Under the pieces are notes generated by a model. That model was not told where the DNA came from and did not search any database. It saw only the letters and a list, made by a program, of their open reading frames with translations. A stretch of 32,765 nucleotides of DNA from Cyanobacteria bacterium P01_D01_bin.156. GTDB taxonomy: Bacteria; Cyanobacteriota; Cyanobacteriia; Phormidesmidales; Phormidesmidaceae. The DNA lies in NCBI GenBank assembly GCA_039024555.1, contig JBCCQQ010000066.1:1-32765 (forward strand), written 5' to 3'. Shown piece after piece: positions 1 to 8,614 of the stretch; the stretch's first letter is position 1, and every line of letters begins with the position of its first letter. The translations under genes were made by a program, and so were the position numbers.

Positions 1-284
1 CCGGGCTGAAGGCCACACTCAAGACTTCCCCGTTATGGCCGTTGAGGGTGGCGAGTTCGGTGCCATTTCGATCCCAGAGTTTGACGCTGTTGTCGAAACT
101 GCCGGAGGCAATGGTGTTTCCGTCCGGGCTGAAGGCCACACTCAAGACTTCCCCGTTATGGCCGTTGAGGGTGGCGAGTTCGGTGCCATTTCGATCCCAG
201 AGTTTGACGCTGTTGTCGCTACTGCCGGAGGCAATGGTGTTTCCGTCCGGGCTGAAGGCCACACTATAGACTGACCCGTTATGG
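1..284. repeat. 123-bp near-identical tandem repeats encoding 41-aa WD40 units
   Basis: 1-123 vs 124-246 differ at only 2 nt; 247-284 is a further partial copy with 4 differences. Confidence 0.97.
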
Positions 285-2185
285 GACTTAAAGCGGTTTT
301 GTTCCCTAAAAGAAGTCGATGATTGTAACGTAAAATCCTTATCTGAATAAGCAACCTGCTGGAGTGCTGCTAATGCTGCCGGTTTTGTACCAGTATTGTT
401 GCTTACCTCAACGGACGTTGCTGCTTTTAATGCTGTGATCATGGACTCCATTGGTTTCTCGGCCAACAGCAAAGCCTTGGACTGTGCCCATAACGCTTGC
501 ACCGTTGCGATTTCAGTTTGTTTTTCGGCCCGTGCTCGCTGATTATTCGCCTCGGCTTCCCTGGTCTTTGCAAGTTGTGCGGCGGTGGCCTCCGCTAACT
601 GCGCTGCTTCTGCGGCCTTTCTCTGCTGCGCTTCTGCGGTTCTCGCTACTTCCGCCAGGGCAGTTTGTTCCCGTGCTGCTGCTTCATTTTGCAAGGCAAT
701 GGCTTCTTGCTTTTTTGCCTCTTCAGCGTTGGTCAGAGCCTTTTCTGCTTCTGCTTGAGCCCTTCTTTCCTGTCTCAATGCTTCTTGTGCGCTAGTCCTC
801 GCGTCCTGTGCATTTTGGTCAGCTTCCTTAGCCTTGGCTTCAGCTAATAGTTCTTGCTCTTTGGCTTGTTCTGCATTTTGCGTAGCTACAAACGTCTGAT
901 ACTCAGCTTCCCGTGACTGCGCCAATGCATAGATACTCAACGGTACCGCCACCAGCGTCGCCGCTGCTAAAGCACCAATCAGTACGCGCTGCCTTTGCAA
1001 TCGCTTGACCCAATTCACCGGCAGGTGTTCCTTCACCCACCCCTCATCAAACACCTGTCGATAAATCCCATTACTCACATGCAGCGACCCTTTACCCTCA
1101 TTCCGCCGCACTATCCCCGCCAGCTTCAAATGAGACTTTATCAGCGACTGTTCCTCATCTAGCACCAGCTCCCGCTCTCGCCAAATCTCTCCATACGTCG
1201 TCAACACCTCATACACCGTCTTATTCTCATCCGGTGTCCGCTTGACCAACATATCTCGCACAAACAACAAGTTGTTATCATTACGCACACCTGCCCGCAA
1301 AAACAAATCCTCCACCAGCCGCTCCACCGCCGCAGCACTCCACTCTGTACGGCTACTCTCCACCACCCCCTGACACAACCGCTGCGTCAAATACGGGTGC
1401 CCCCCAGTCCACTGCATCACCCAATACAAAATCTCCTGAGCCTTCCCCCTTTCCCCTTTCCCAAGCCGTGAGGCACCTTCTTCTTCCCCCGCCGCAGGCG
1501 CTTCCCCTGCCGCAGGCACTTCCCCTTTCCCCTCTAATCCCGCCGCAAACCCCTGCGCCTCTTCCCAACTAAAATCCGTTAAATCTACCCGACGCCCCAC
1601 ATTAAACGGTGTCCGCTGCGGATCTCGAATTAAGTCCCCCGGCGACGCCACCCCAATCAACACCACCGACAGCCTGCCCAGCTGTTCCTTCTGCGCCCGC
1701 GCCGTATAAAAATACCGAATCGCAATAAAAAAGTCGTCTGTAAACTCTAAACTCAGCGTTGTATCAATCTCATCTACAAACAACACAATCCGCCCATCGA
1801 CTTCGCTCAGCAAAATCTCCTCAAAAAAGCGCGTCAGCCGCTGAGTTACCCCCAGATGATTATGCTCCTCCCACCAGTCAAAAATATCCGTATCGAGCAT
1901 CAAGCTCTCATCAATCTCGGTAAGCAATCCCAGGTACCACTGCTCCGGTGTCACCGTTGTTCCAATCTTCGTAAGGTCAATAATCACCGAGGTAATATCT
2001 TCCTCTTCCAAACGTTGTGCCGTTTGTACCATCAGGCTAGACTTACCCATCTGCCGAGAAGTCAACACATAGGCAAACTGACCGTCACGACAAAGCTGCA
2101 AGAGTTCATCGTCAGCCTTACGAGAGAGGTATATGCCTCCACCTGCCTGTACAGTTCCGCCAGTGGTATAGATCGAACCTGCCAT
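1..2185 (-). CDS. AAA_35 (STAND-like) NTPase - TM helix - coiled coil - WD40 repeat protein, 3' part beyond window
   Basis: Manual translation from ATG 2185 (GAGG upstream): MAGSIYTTGGTVQAGGGIYLSRKADDEL..., Walker A TSRQMGKS, Walker B VLFVDEID, TPFNVG, WTGGHPYLTQ; hydrophobic VLIGALAAATLVAVPLSIYALA (~919-985); Ala/Glu/Gln/Lys-rich helical stalk; WD40 units HNGxVxSVAFSPDGNTIASGSxDNSVKLWD. The frame stays open to the window edge, which is presumably why the ORF track omits it. Confidence 0.92.
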   Translation of the reverse strand, partial: MAGSIYTTGGTVQAGGGIYLSRKADDELLQLCRDGQFAYVLTSRQMGKSSLMVQTAQRLEEEDITSVIIDLTKIGTTVTPEQWYLGLLTEIDESLMLDTDIFDWWEEHNHLGVTQRLTRFFEEILLSEVDGRIVLFVDEIDTTLSLEFTDDFFIAIRYFYTARAQKEQLGRLSVVLIGVASPGDLIRDPQRTPFNVGRRVDLTDFSWEEAQGFAAGLEGKGEVPAAGEAPAAGEEEGASRLGKGERGKAQEILYWVMQWTGGHPYLTQRLCQGVVESSRTEWSAAAVERLVEDLFLRAGVRNDNNLLFVRDMLVKRTPDENKTVYEVLTTYGEIWRERELVLDEEQSLIKSHLKLAGIVRRNEGKGSLHVSNGIYRQVFDEGWVKEHLPVNWVKRLQRQRVLIGALAAATLVAVPLSIYALAQSREAEYQTFVATQNAEQAKEQELLAEAKAKEADQNAQDARTSAQEALRQERRAQAEAEKALTNAEEAKKQEAIALQNEAAAREQTALAEVARTAEAQQRKAAEAAQLAEATAAQLAKTREAEANNQRARAEKQTEIATVQALWAQSKALLLAEKPMESMITALKAATSVEVSNNTGTKPAALAALQQVAYSDKDFTLQSSTSFREQNRFKSHNGSVYSVAFSPDGNTIASGSSDNSVKLWDRNGTELATLNGHNGEVLSVAFSPDGNTIASGSFDNSVKLWDRNGTELATLNGHNGEVLSVAFSP

Positions 2186-2250
2186 GGTCAAAACACCTCA
2201 CACACCTGGTTATTGCCTAGAACTACAATCCTTATCTGCCACAAAGAGAT

Positions 2251-2446
2251 ACCCTCATCCCGTCCTGGGAGGGGCCACGGGGTGGGTTCCCACGCAATTG
2301 TCCCCATGCAAAATTCTTAGCGTGAAAGTATGTCCCACAAAGTCCTCCCCTTAATAAGGGGAGGTGCCGTAGGCGGAGGGGTCTTCGAGCACTAGCGCAA
2401 GTTTTCCAGACCCCTCCCTGACGGTTCCCCTTCGTAAGGGGAACCA
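2251..2446. repeat. GC-rich hairpin short dispersed repeats between the two STAND genes
   Basis: ctccccttaataaggggag...ggaggggtc (~2345-2383) and its inverted relative gacccctcc...ttccccttcgtaaggggaacc (~2409-2445); a related GC-rich element at ~2251-2290. Confidence 0.7.
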
Positions 2447-2497
2447 GATATTGCCAAGCCTCAAAAAAACATCGAATGCTCTGCCACAGGTCTCGCA

Positions 2498-4681
2498 TCA
2501 GCTCAAATGCTCCTCAAAATAATCTGCATATAGCTGACACCTGGGGAAAACACTCTGCCCATCCCGCAAAACTAGCCCTGCTCCATGCAACCGAAAATAT
2601 ATAACCTCGTCATCGCAAGCCTGGTCCTTTAGAATCCGTAAAAATGCTTTCACCAGTTCCTTGTTGCCATACATGCGAAACAGGTGATACTTCAAATGAT
2701 CGCCAAAGGGGCCACTCTCTTCCTGAGCTTCTGAAAATAATTGCTTTGCCGTCATGCGATCGCTAGCCACCAAATACAGCGCCTTGCGCACTAAATAGGG
2801 ATGCCCATTCACCAGTTGCATCAGTCGCTGTTCTTCTACTGCACTCAGGGGCGAACCATGACATTCATTGAGCTGATGCACCTGCTGCGCATCAAAGTCC
2901 TGCAGCCGTAAATTCTCTCCGACATTAAACGGTGACTGATTTAGATCCGCGATTAGCTGATACGGTTCTGTTGATGTGACAAATGTGAGGTCCAGCCGCT
3001 TCCAAATCTTTTTGGTGGCCCGCTGATTGTGCCAACTGCGCAACATACTAAAAAAGTCATTGCGAAAGGGGGTGTCAAAAATACGTTCCACCTCATCCAT
3101 TGCCAACACCAGCGGCTGCTCCAGATTTTTAAGGATGTGTCTGCCCACATAGCGAGTACATCGCTGTGGATTGCCCAGGTTCTTTTTCCAGTAGGCTTCC
3201 ACTTCATCATCCATATCCAGCTCATCCGTTAGCCAAAAGCAAAACTGCTGGTAGAACTCATCGGCATCTTGTAATGCGGCCCGGTCAAATAGTTGAAAAT
3301 CCAGAAAGGCAACCTGCTTACCCGCTGCGACGGCGGCTTCCATAATCCGATTGAGTAATGAGCTTTTGCCCATTTGCCGGGGACCTTTGATGGTCATGGT
3401 CACCCCCTGCTGCTGAATCACATTCAGCGCAATCTGGTCACAGTGTCGCTCGATGTAAAAGTCGGAGGCCGTGTCCATGGTGCCTTCGGGCAGCTCTAGC
3501 TTGGCAGGAGCTTTGTTTATCGGTTGGGCCACCGGTAACGGTTGCGGAATTTTTGGTTGAGGCGGTGTTTGAACGATCTCTGCTTTCCGTCGCCCATCGA
3601 TGGAGAGCACTCCCCCGGCAATGGCCTGCTCCAGCTCTGCAATCAAACCGGGGGTATCGGCCTCGCTATCCCACAGCGCCCAGTTAATCGGGTTTAAATA
3701 AACGCTCAACGGATGCTGAAAGGGTTCTCGATAAGCTAGTCGCACTGGCAAAATCCGAGGCTTGCCACCGTTATCCTCAGCAATTTTATGGGCCAGCTCA
3801 ATTTCTTGTAGCACCATTTCGCTATGGACCGACTGGGCCGACAGCAGAACGATTAGCGCATCTGCCTGGCGAATTTCGTTTTCAATGCGTTCTACCCAAT
3901 GGGTCCCCACCAGCATCTGCTGATCGATAAACACTGAATTATTTTGTCCAAGGTCTGCATGCAGCTGTAATGCCACGGTCTCATCGGTGGCCATATTGCG
4001 CTTGTAGCTGATAAAGACCCGCTGTTGCCCCAGGTCAGTGGCCCCTTCCCGCCCCCTAAATCCCCCACCAGTGGGGGACTTTGCATCCCTAACCCTGTAG
4101 CTTTTATTTTCTTCTTCCCTTTGTCCCTTTACCCTTAAAACCGGAATATCTTCTTCCGAAATACCCTCTGCCCCAATCCCCACCAAACCAAATTCAAAAG
4201 CATCGGCATAGCTACGGCCATACCCCAGCCCGTCGTAAAAACCTTCTGCAAACTTAATCGATGCTTGATCGCCAATGGCATCGGTCATGCCAATCACATG
4301 ATCCACATGTTCTAAAATGGCATCGGCCTGAGCCCCAGAATGGCAAGCATTTAGAAGCACGCATTCCACACCGCCACACAGCCGAAATATACGGGTGAGG
4401 GTAGCGGTACTAATCAACTTAGCCACACCGTTTTTATCCTCAAAGGCCAGACCCCGATTCCCCATGCCATGGCCTGAAAAATGAACAATTTGAGGCTTAT
4501 GGTGCAGCAGATGCCGGTGCAGCTCATTCGTGCGGATAGCTTGCTCATCCACGATTTCAAACCGTGCCCGTTCATCGGATAGTTTTAGGGCTTCTTTAAT
4601 CTGACGAATTTCTTCATCCAGACGCAGCTTGGTGGTGTCCTTTGGATTAACTGCCAAGATCAAAATTTTTCGGGAATCCAT
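2498..4681 (-). CDS. CHAT (caspase-HetF) protease - TIR - AAA_35 NTPase fusion
   Basis: CHAT motifs IVHFSGHG and VLLNACHS (His/Cys dyad intact); TIR motifs RVFISYKR, VFID, ADALIVLLS..SVHSEMVLQEIELA; AAA_35 motifs FYIERH, GPRQMGKS, LVLAMDE, SPFNVG, GHPYLVR. Confidence 0.9.
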   Translation of the reverse strand: MDSRKILILAVNPKDTTKLRLDEEIRQIKEALKLSDERARFEIVDEQAIRTNELHRHLLHHKPQIVHFSGHGMGNRGLAFEDKNGVAKLISTATLTRIFRLCGGVECVLLNACHSGAQADAILEHVDHVIGMTDAIGDQASIKFAEGFYDGLGYGRSYADAFEFGLVGIGAEGISEEDIPVLRVKGQREEENKSYRVRDAKSPTGGGFRGREGATDLGQQRVFISYKRNMATDETVALQLHADLGQNNSVFIDQQMLVGTHWVERIENEIRQADALIVLLSAQSVHSEMVLQEIELAHKIAEDNGGKPRILPVRLAYREPFQHPLSVYLNPINWALWDSEADTPGLIAELEQAIAGGVLSIDGRRKAEIVQTPPQPKIPQPLPVAQPINKAPAKLELPEGTMDTASDFYIERHCDQIALNVIQQQGVTMTIKGPRQMGKSSLLNRIMEAAVAAGKQVAFLDFQLFDRAALQDADEFYQQFCFWLTDELDMDDEVEAYWKKNLGNPQRCTRYVGRHILKNLEQPLVLAMDEVERIFDTPFRNDFFSMLRSWHNQRATKKIWKRLDLTFVTSTEPYQLIADLNQSPFNVGENLRLQDFDAQQVHQLNECHGSPLSAVEEQRLMQLVNGHPYLVRKALYLVASDRMTAKQLFSEAQEESGPFGDHLKYHLFRMYGNKELVKAFLRILKDQACDDEVIYFRLHGAGLVLRDGQSVFPRCQLYADYFEEHLS

Positions 4682-4883
4682 GGGTGAGCGGCAATCACGT
4701 ATGGATATACTACGCAGTCAATTCAATCAATATCGATTTACCTCAGCAAATCCTTATTTTTTCTACACCCACTATCGATGAATCCTGCATGGATTGGGAG
4801 GAAATCTAAATTATTCAGGAGTCGCATCTACATCGGTTGTAGCTTTGATATATGACCCTTACCAGGGCAAATGGGTATAGACA

Positions 4884-6014
4884 ATGGATAACCAAACGCT
4901 GCTAAAAGATGCGCTCACCGATGAGCTCGGTTCGGTCTATAAAAACGTTACCCAGCTAACCTACCTAAAATCTTTGCCAGATAACGACCTCCAACTGTTG
5001 CGTGGCTTGGTCTCAGTACTACAGTTTGCCGCCCAGCAAATGAGCCAGGAGCAAGCTTCTGGAGGAAAGCTAACTGCCGATGTGATGGCTCTGCAGGAAC
5101 AAGTCAGCCAGCTGCAGCAAGAGAATAAGGCCTATCATCACCAACTGCAGTGGGTACGGGATCAAATAGCGCTATCCCGTACCGCTGCTGGCAAAACACG
5201 CATCAAAGCCAGCCTCAAACAAACCTTAGATACAGCGGTCAAGATTACCCAGGCGGGTAGTGGCAGCTTGTTTTTACTAGACCCGGCCAACGTAGTCACC
5301 GAATGCATTTTGACCCGTGGCGGGACTACGGAACGGGAACGCCACACCTTAGTCGGCAAAGTTCTGGAACAAGGTTTGGCTGGCTGGGTCCTGGAGCATC
5401 ACAAAATAGAAACCATTTCAGACACTGCGTTAGATAAGCGCTGGATTAGTTTGCCGAACCAACCCTACAAGGTGCGCTCAGCCCTCTGTGCTCCGCTTAT
5501 CAGTAGCGATCGCATCTTAGGCTTAATCACCCTTACCCACCCAGAACCCAAGCATTTTCAGCCACCCATGCCAGACCTGATCGAAGTGATGGCAGAGCAA
5601 ATGGCCCTCGTGCTGGAAAACATTAAGTTCCAAACCACTAATCAGAATTTAGACCAGCGGCTGCAGGGACACCAAACCTTTTGCCATCAGCTGTTGGCCA
5701 CCGATGTTGTGGGCGCTGTGATGATACAGGGTAATAAGTTTATCGAGGTGAACGATCATGCCGCTCGGATCTTTGGTGAGGAACCCAACACATTATTGAA
5801 GTGGCCATCGATTCGAGGTGCGATCGCATACGAAGATCTCAATCGCGTCCGTACCTATTTAGAGCAATGCACGTCTCAACCAGGGCAAGCAACCACCATC
5901 GAATTTGGCATTAACCACAAAAGCGGTCAGGTAAAAACAGTTACTGCCCAAGGCATCAATCCAATTTTTCAAGGTAAAAACGCCGTTTTACTAGTACTCA
6001 ACCTTAAAAGCTGA
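4884..6014 (+). CDS. Coiled coil - GAF - PAS domain protein with no output domain
   Basis: GAF motifs GSLFLLD, GLAGWV, DKRW..RSALCAPL...ILGLITL; C-terminal PAS-like (FIEVNDHAARIFG...IAYEDLNRV). Confidence 0.8.
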   Translation: MDNQTLLKDALTDELGSVYKNVTQLTYLKSLPDNDLQLLRGLVSVLQFAAQQMSQEQASGGKLTADVMALQEQVSQLQQENKAYHHQLQWVRDQIALSRTAAGKTRIKASLKQTLDTAVKITQAGSGSLFLLDPANVVTECILTRGGTTERERHTLVGKVLEQGLAGWVLEHHKIETISDTALDKRWISLPNQPYKVRSALCAPLISSDRILGLITLTHPEPKHFQPPMPDLIEVMAEQMALVLENIKFQTTNQNLDQRLQGHQTFCHQLLATDVVGAVMIQGNKFIEVNDHAARIFGEEPNTLLKWPSIRGAIAYEDLNRVRTYLEQCTSQPGQATTIEFGINHKSGQVKTVTAQGINPIFQGKNAVLLVLNLKS

Positions 6015-6079
6015 ATGATCGTAAAAGTAACAACTACAAGTAATTCTCGTTAGTATACATGCACTGAATGGCTCTGTAT

Positions 6080-6121
6080 TCTAGGAAAAATGCCAACATT
6101 GGTTTAAGCCTTTTTCCTAGA
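6080..6121. terminator. Inverted repeat / possible terminator
   Basis: tctaggaaaaa ... tttttcctaga 11-bp stem, downstream of the GAF-PAS gene. Confidence 0.4.
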
Positions 6122-6145
6122 GTGCATCTTGATTAAGAAAAGTCC

Positions 6146-7354
6146 TTGATTCTCTTAAACGCTGTCTTTGGCAAGCTAATGATTTCGCATCTAGCTGTTT
6201 CCAACATTCGCAATAAAGTATCAAAAAGTTATTCTATACTTTTAGGCTACTTCACCAAAGCGCTACCTAAGCAGCGGTTTCAACCAATCAATCGCAGAGC
6301 AGATGTCCATTTAAAGATTCAAAGCAACGCCTTGCTGCATGACAGAGGACGTTATTTTTATATTCTGATTAAAACTCTATCCTTACACTTTTCCCAAGTT
6401 AGTCTTGTTCATCGATTTAACTTACTTGATTATTATAAAATTGGCTTCTATGGGAGAGCTATCTACAAAATCAAAAATCTCCAATTCGATAGAAAATCAT
6501 CCCATGATAGACACAATAAAATACTAATTTATGATCAGCCCTTATCTCAAAAGCAACTGAGCGGATGGAAAAAATGTATCCGAATTGAATCGGATATCTC
6601 ATTATCTAAACCTAACAACGACCAGTGGGCTCTCATACCATATTCCATGAACCCGAGAATATATGATGTGACAGATAAGGCAGAGTTGAATTCATTGCGC
6701 CACAGCAAACGAAAAATCCGTCTCTTTTTCACAGGCAATATCAATCCCAACATTTACTCTGGGAGAGGATTCTGGGAAAAATCAGGATTCGATCTCATGC
6801 CCAGGCGCCAAGTTATATCCGCCATCAAAAAGACTTTTCCCGAGAGAATCTCTTGGATAGAAAATTTAGATGACTGGACATCAACTATCACCACAGATCT
6901 TAAAAACAAAATAGTTCTAGGTAATAGAAAAAGGTTTTCAATCCCTCCAGAAATGTGGCTATCCTCCTTAGCATCCTGTGACTTTTTCATTTGTGCTCCA
7001 GGCATTGATATGCCCTTATGTCACAATGCTGTTGAAGCTATGGCTGTAGGAACAATTCCCTTAATTAACTACTCTAACTGGTTCTGTCCAAACCTTAGAG
7101 ATTTGCATAACTGTGTTGCATTTGAAAATGAAGAGGATTTACATGAGAAGGTCAATCTCATTCTTTCGATGCCAGAGGAACAGATCATGGAAATGAGGAA
7201 GAATGTTATTGACTACTATGAGCGGCACTTAAATTTAGATGCGTTTTATCAACAGCTGATAGATTCTCAGCACCAGGCAATGACGCTATTTATGAATACA
7301 GGGAATCGAAACATTTTGCAGAAAATCACCTCTCAATCAGTAATCTGGGGATAG
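6146..7354 (+). CDS. AT-rich hypothetical protein, glycosyltransferase-like (exostosin/GT-B-like C-terminus)
   Basis: 402-aa ORF (alternative ATG 6179); LFFTGN, LASCDFFICAPG and EAMAVGTIP resemble GT47/GT-B sugar-nucleotide binding motifs. Confidence 0.55.
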   Translation: MILLNAVFGKLMISHLAVSNIRNKVSKSYSILLGYFTKALPKQRFQPINRRADVHLKIQSNALLHDRGRYFYILIKTLSLHFSQVSLVHRFNLLDYYKIGFYGRAIYKIKNLQFDRKSSHDRHNKILIYDQPLSQKQLSGWKKCIRIESDISLSKPNNDQWALIPYSMNPRIYDVTDKAELNSLRHSKRKIRLFFTGNINPNIYSGRGFWEKSGFDLMPRRQVISAIKKTFPERISWIENLDDWTSTITTDLKNKIVLGNRKRFSIPPEMWLSSLASCDFFICAPGIDMPLCHNAVEAMAVGTIPLINYSNWFCPNLRDLHNCVAFENEEDLHEKVNLILSMPEEQIMEMRKNVIDYYERHLNLDAFYQQLIDSQHQAMTLFMNTGNRNILQKITSQSVIWG

Positions 7355-7469
7355 TGGTGCTTGCATAACGGAAGTCGATACATAAACTACCTACCGCTTA
7401 AATTCCTGTACTGAGCACTTTTCTGACAATTCACTTTAAAATTAAGAGGTTATTTTCCTATCGAGATTT

Positions 7470-8075
7470 GTGGTTGCCATAACACCTCGCCCTAAATCTA
7501 TTAAGTTTCTCAAAACCCCTACATCCCAGGCGTGGATCGATCAGGCCCTAGCCAACTTAGATGAGGTAATGTTAGACCACTCCCACTGCGAACGCAAAGC
7601 AGCGGGCATCGCCATTAAACTCATGTTTTTATACCCCGGCGACACCGCTCTAGTGGCAGCACTCACAGAGATTGCCCAAGAAGAACTCAGCCACTTTAAG
7701 CAAGTAAATCAATGGCTCGCAAAAAGAGGGGTGGTCCTGCGCTCTTTAGCGGCGGGTCCCTATGGGTCAAAGCTCCGCAAACATGTACGGGCCAATGACC
7801 CAGACCGTAAATTAGATTTACTCTTGGTTTCAGCGCTGATTGAGGCTCGCAGCCATGAGCGCCTGGGTCTATTGGGAGAGCATTGCCCAGACCCAGAGTT
7901 AGCCAAGTTTTATCGTAGTTTAATGGCTTCAGAAGCTCGCCACTATGGGGCCTATTGGGTACTGGCCACCAACGAATTTGGCACCGAGGTGGTCACTCCT
8001 CGCCTAGAGGCGTTAGCCACAGCAGAAAGTGATATTTTAGCCACCCTGCACCCCGCACCGAGAGTTCACAGTTAA
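7470..8075 (+). CDS. miaE: tRNA-(ms2io6A) hydroxylase
   Basis: LDHSHCERKAA, EELSHF, LIEARSHER and SEARHY di-iron ferritin-like motifs. Confidence 0.92.
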   Translation: MVAITPRPKSIKFLKTPTSQAWIDQALANLDEVMLDHSHCERKAAGIAIKLMFLYPGDTALVAALTEIAQEELSHFKQVNQWLAKRGVVLRSLAAGPYGSKLRKHVRANDPDRKLDLLLVSALIEARSHERLGLLGEHCPDPELAKFYRSLMASEARHYGAYWVLATNEFGTEVVTPRLEALATAESDILATLHPAPRVHS

Positions 8076-8088
8076 ACCGGATCTCCTT

Positions 8089-8568
8089 ATGCACATTCCC
8101 TTCAAATCTTTTCTAATTCGCAGCTGGCAACCGGCAGATCGAGAGGCTGCCGCCGCACTCATCGGTCAAACCTTGAATGAGTATGGCTTAGGCTGGGAAC
8201 CAGAAGGTGCAGATAGTGATGTCGTGCAGGTAGAAACTCACTATCAACAGGGTGAGTTTTGGGTAGTAGAAAAAGATAGCAAAGTCGTTGGAACAGCGGC
8301 CTATCATCCCATTGAGCGGGGCGAGCAAGCCGTGGAAATTCGCAAGATGTATTTACTGCCAGAAGCCCGAGGCCAGGGGCTGGGTCGGTTTTTACTGGGA
8401 CAATTGGAAGAAGCGATCGCAGCCCGCGGCTTTAAAGAAATCTGGCTAGAAACAGCAACCGTGCTAAAAGCAGCCGTACGTATGTACGAAAGTTCAGGCT
8501 ATGCGCCAGAAACCGGTGTCGAGACCAGCCGCTGCGACAAAGTCTACAAAAAGCGTATTGCTCCATAG
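8089..8568 (+). CDS. GNAT family N-acetyltransferase
   Basis: EIRKMYLLPEARGQGLG acetyl-CoA motif; LET...AVRMYESSGY. Confidence 0.9.
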   Translation: MHIPFKSFLIRSWQPADREAAAALIGQTLNEYGLGWEPEGADSDVVQVETHYQQGEFWVVEKDSKVVGTAAYHPIERGEQAVEIRKMYLLPEARGQGLGRFLLGQLEEAIAARGFKEIWLETATVLKAAVRMYESSGYAPETGVETSRCDKVYKKRIAP

Positions 8569-8614
8569 ACAAATAAAAAGGTATTCATGTCAGTCGGAAA
8601 TGTCGGCTAGGGCT

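Noticed and set aside
35..274. Plus-strand repetitive ORFs 35-274 and 42-269
   Set aside because: Antisense shadows of the WD40 repeats on the minus strand.
1..284. Diversity-generating retroelement as source of WD40 variation
   Set aside because: No reverse transcriptase or template repeat in the window, and too few variable codons to show adenine-specific mutagenesis.
451..2320. ORFs 451-795, 665-847, 1353-1568 and 1856-2320
   Set aside because: All overlap the long minus-strand AAA_35-WD40 frame, which has clear motifs; these have none.
2232..2498. 88-aa minus ORF between the STAND genes
   Set aside because: Composed of hairpin repeat DNA with non-protein-like composition; a real small gene cannot be fully excluded since it abuts the upstream stop.
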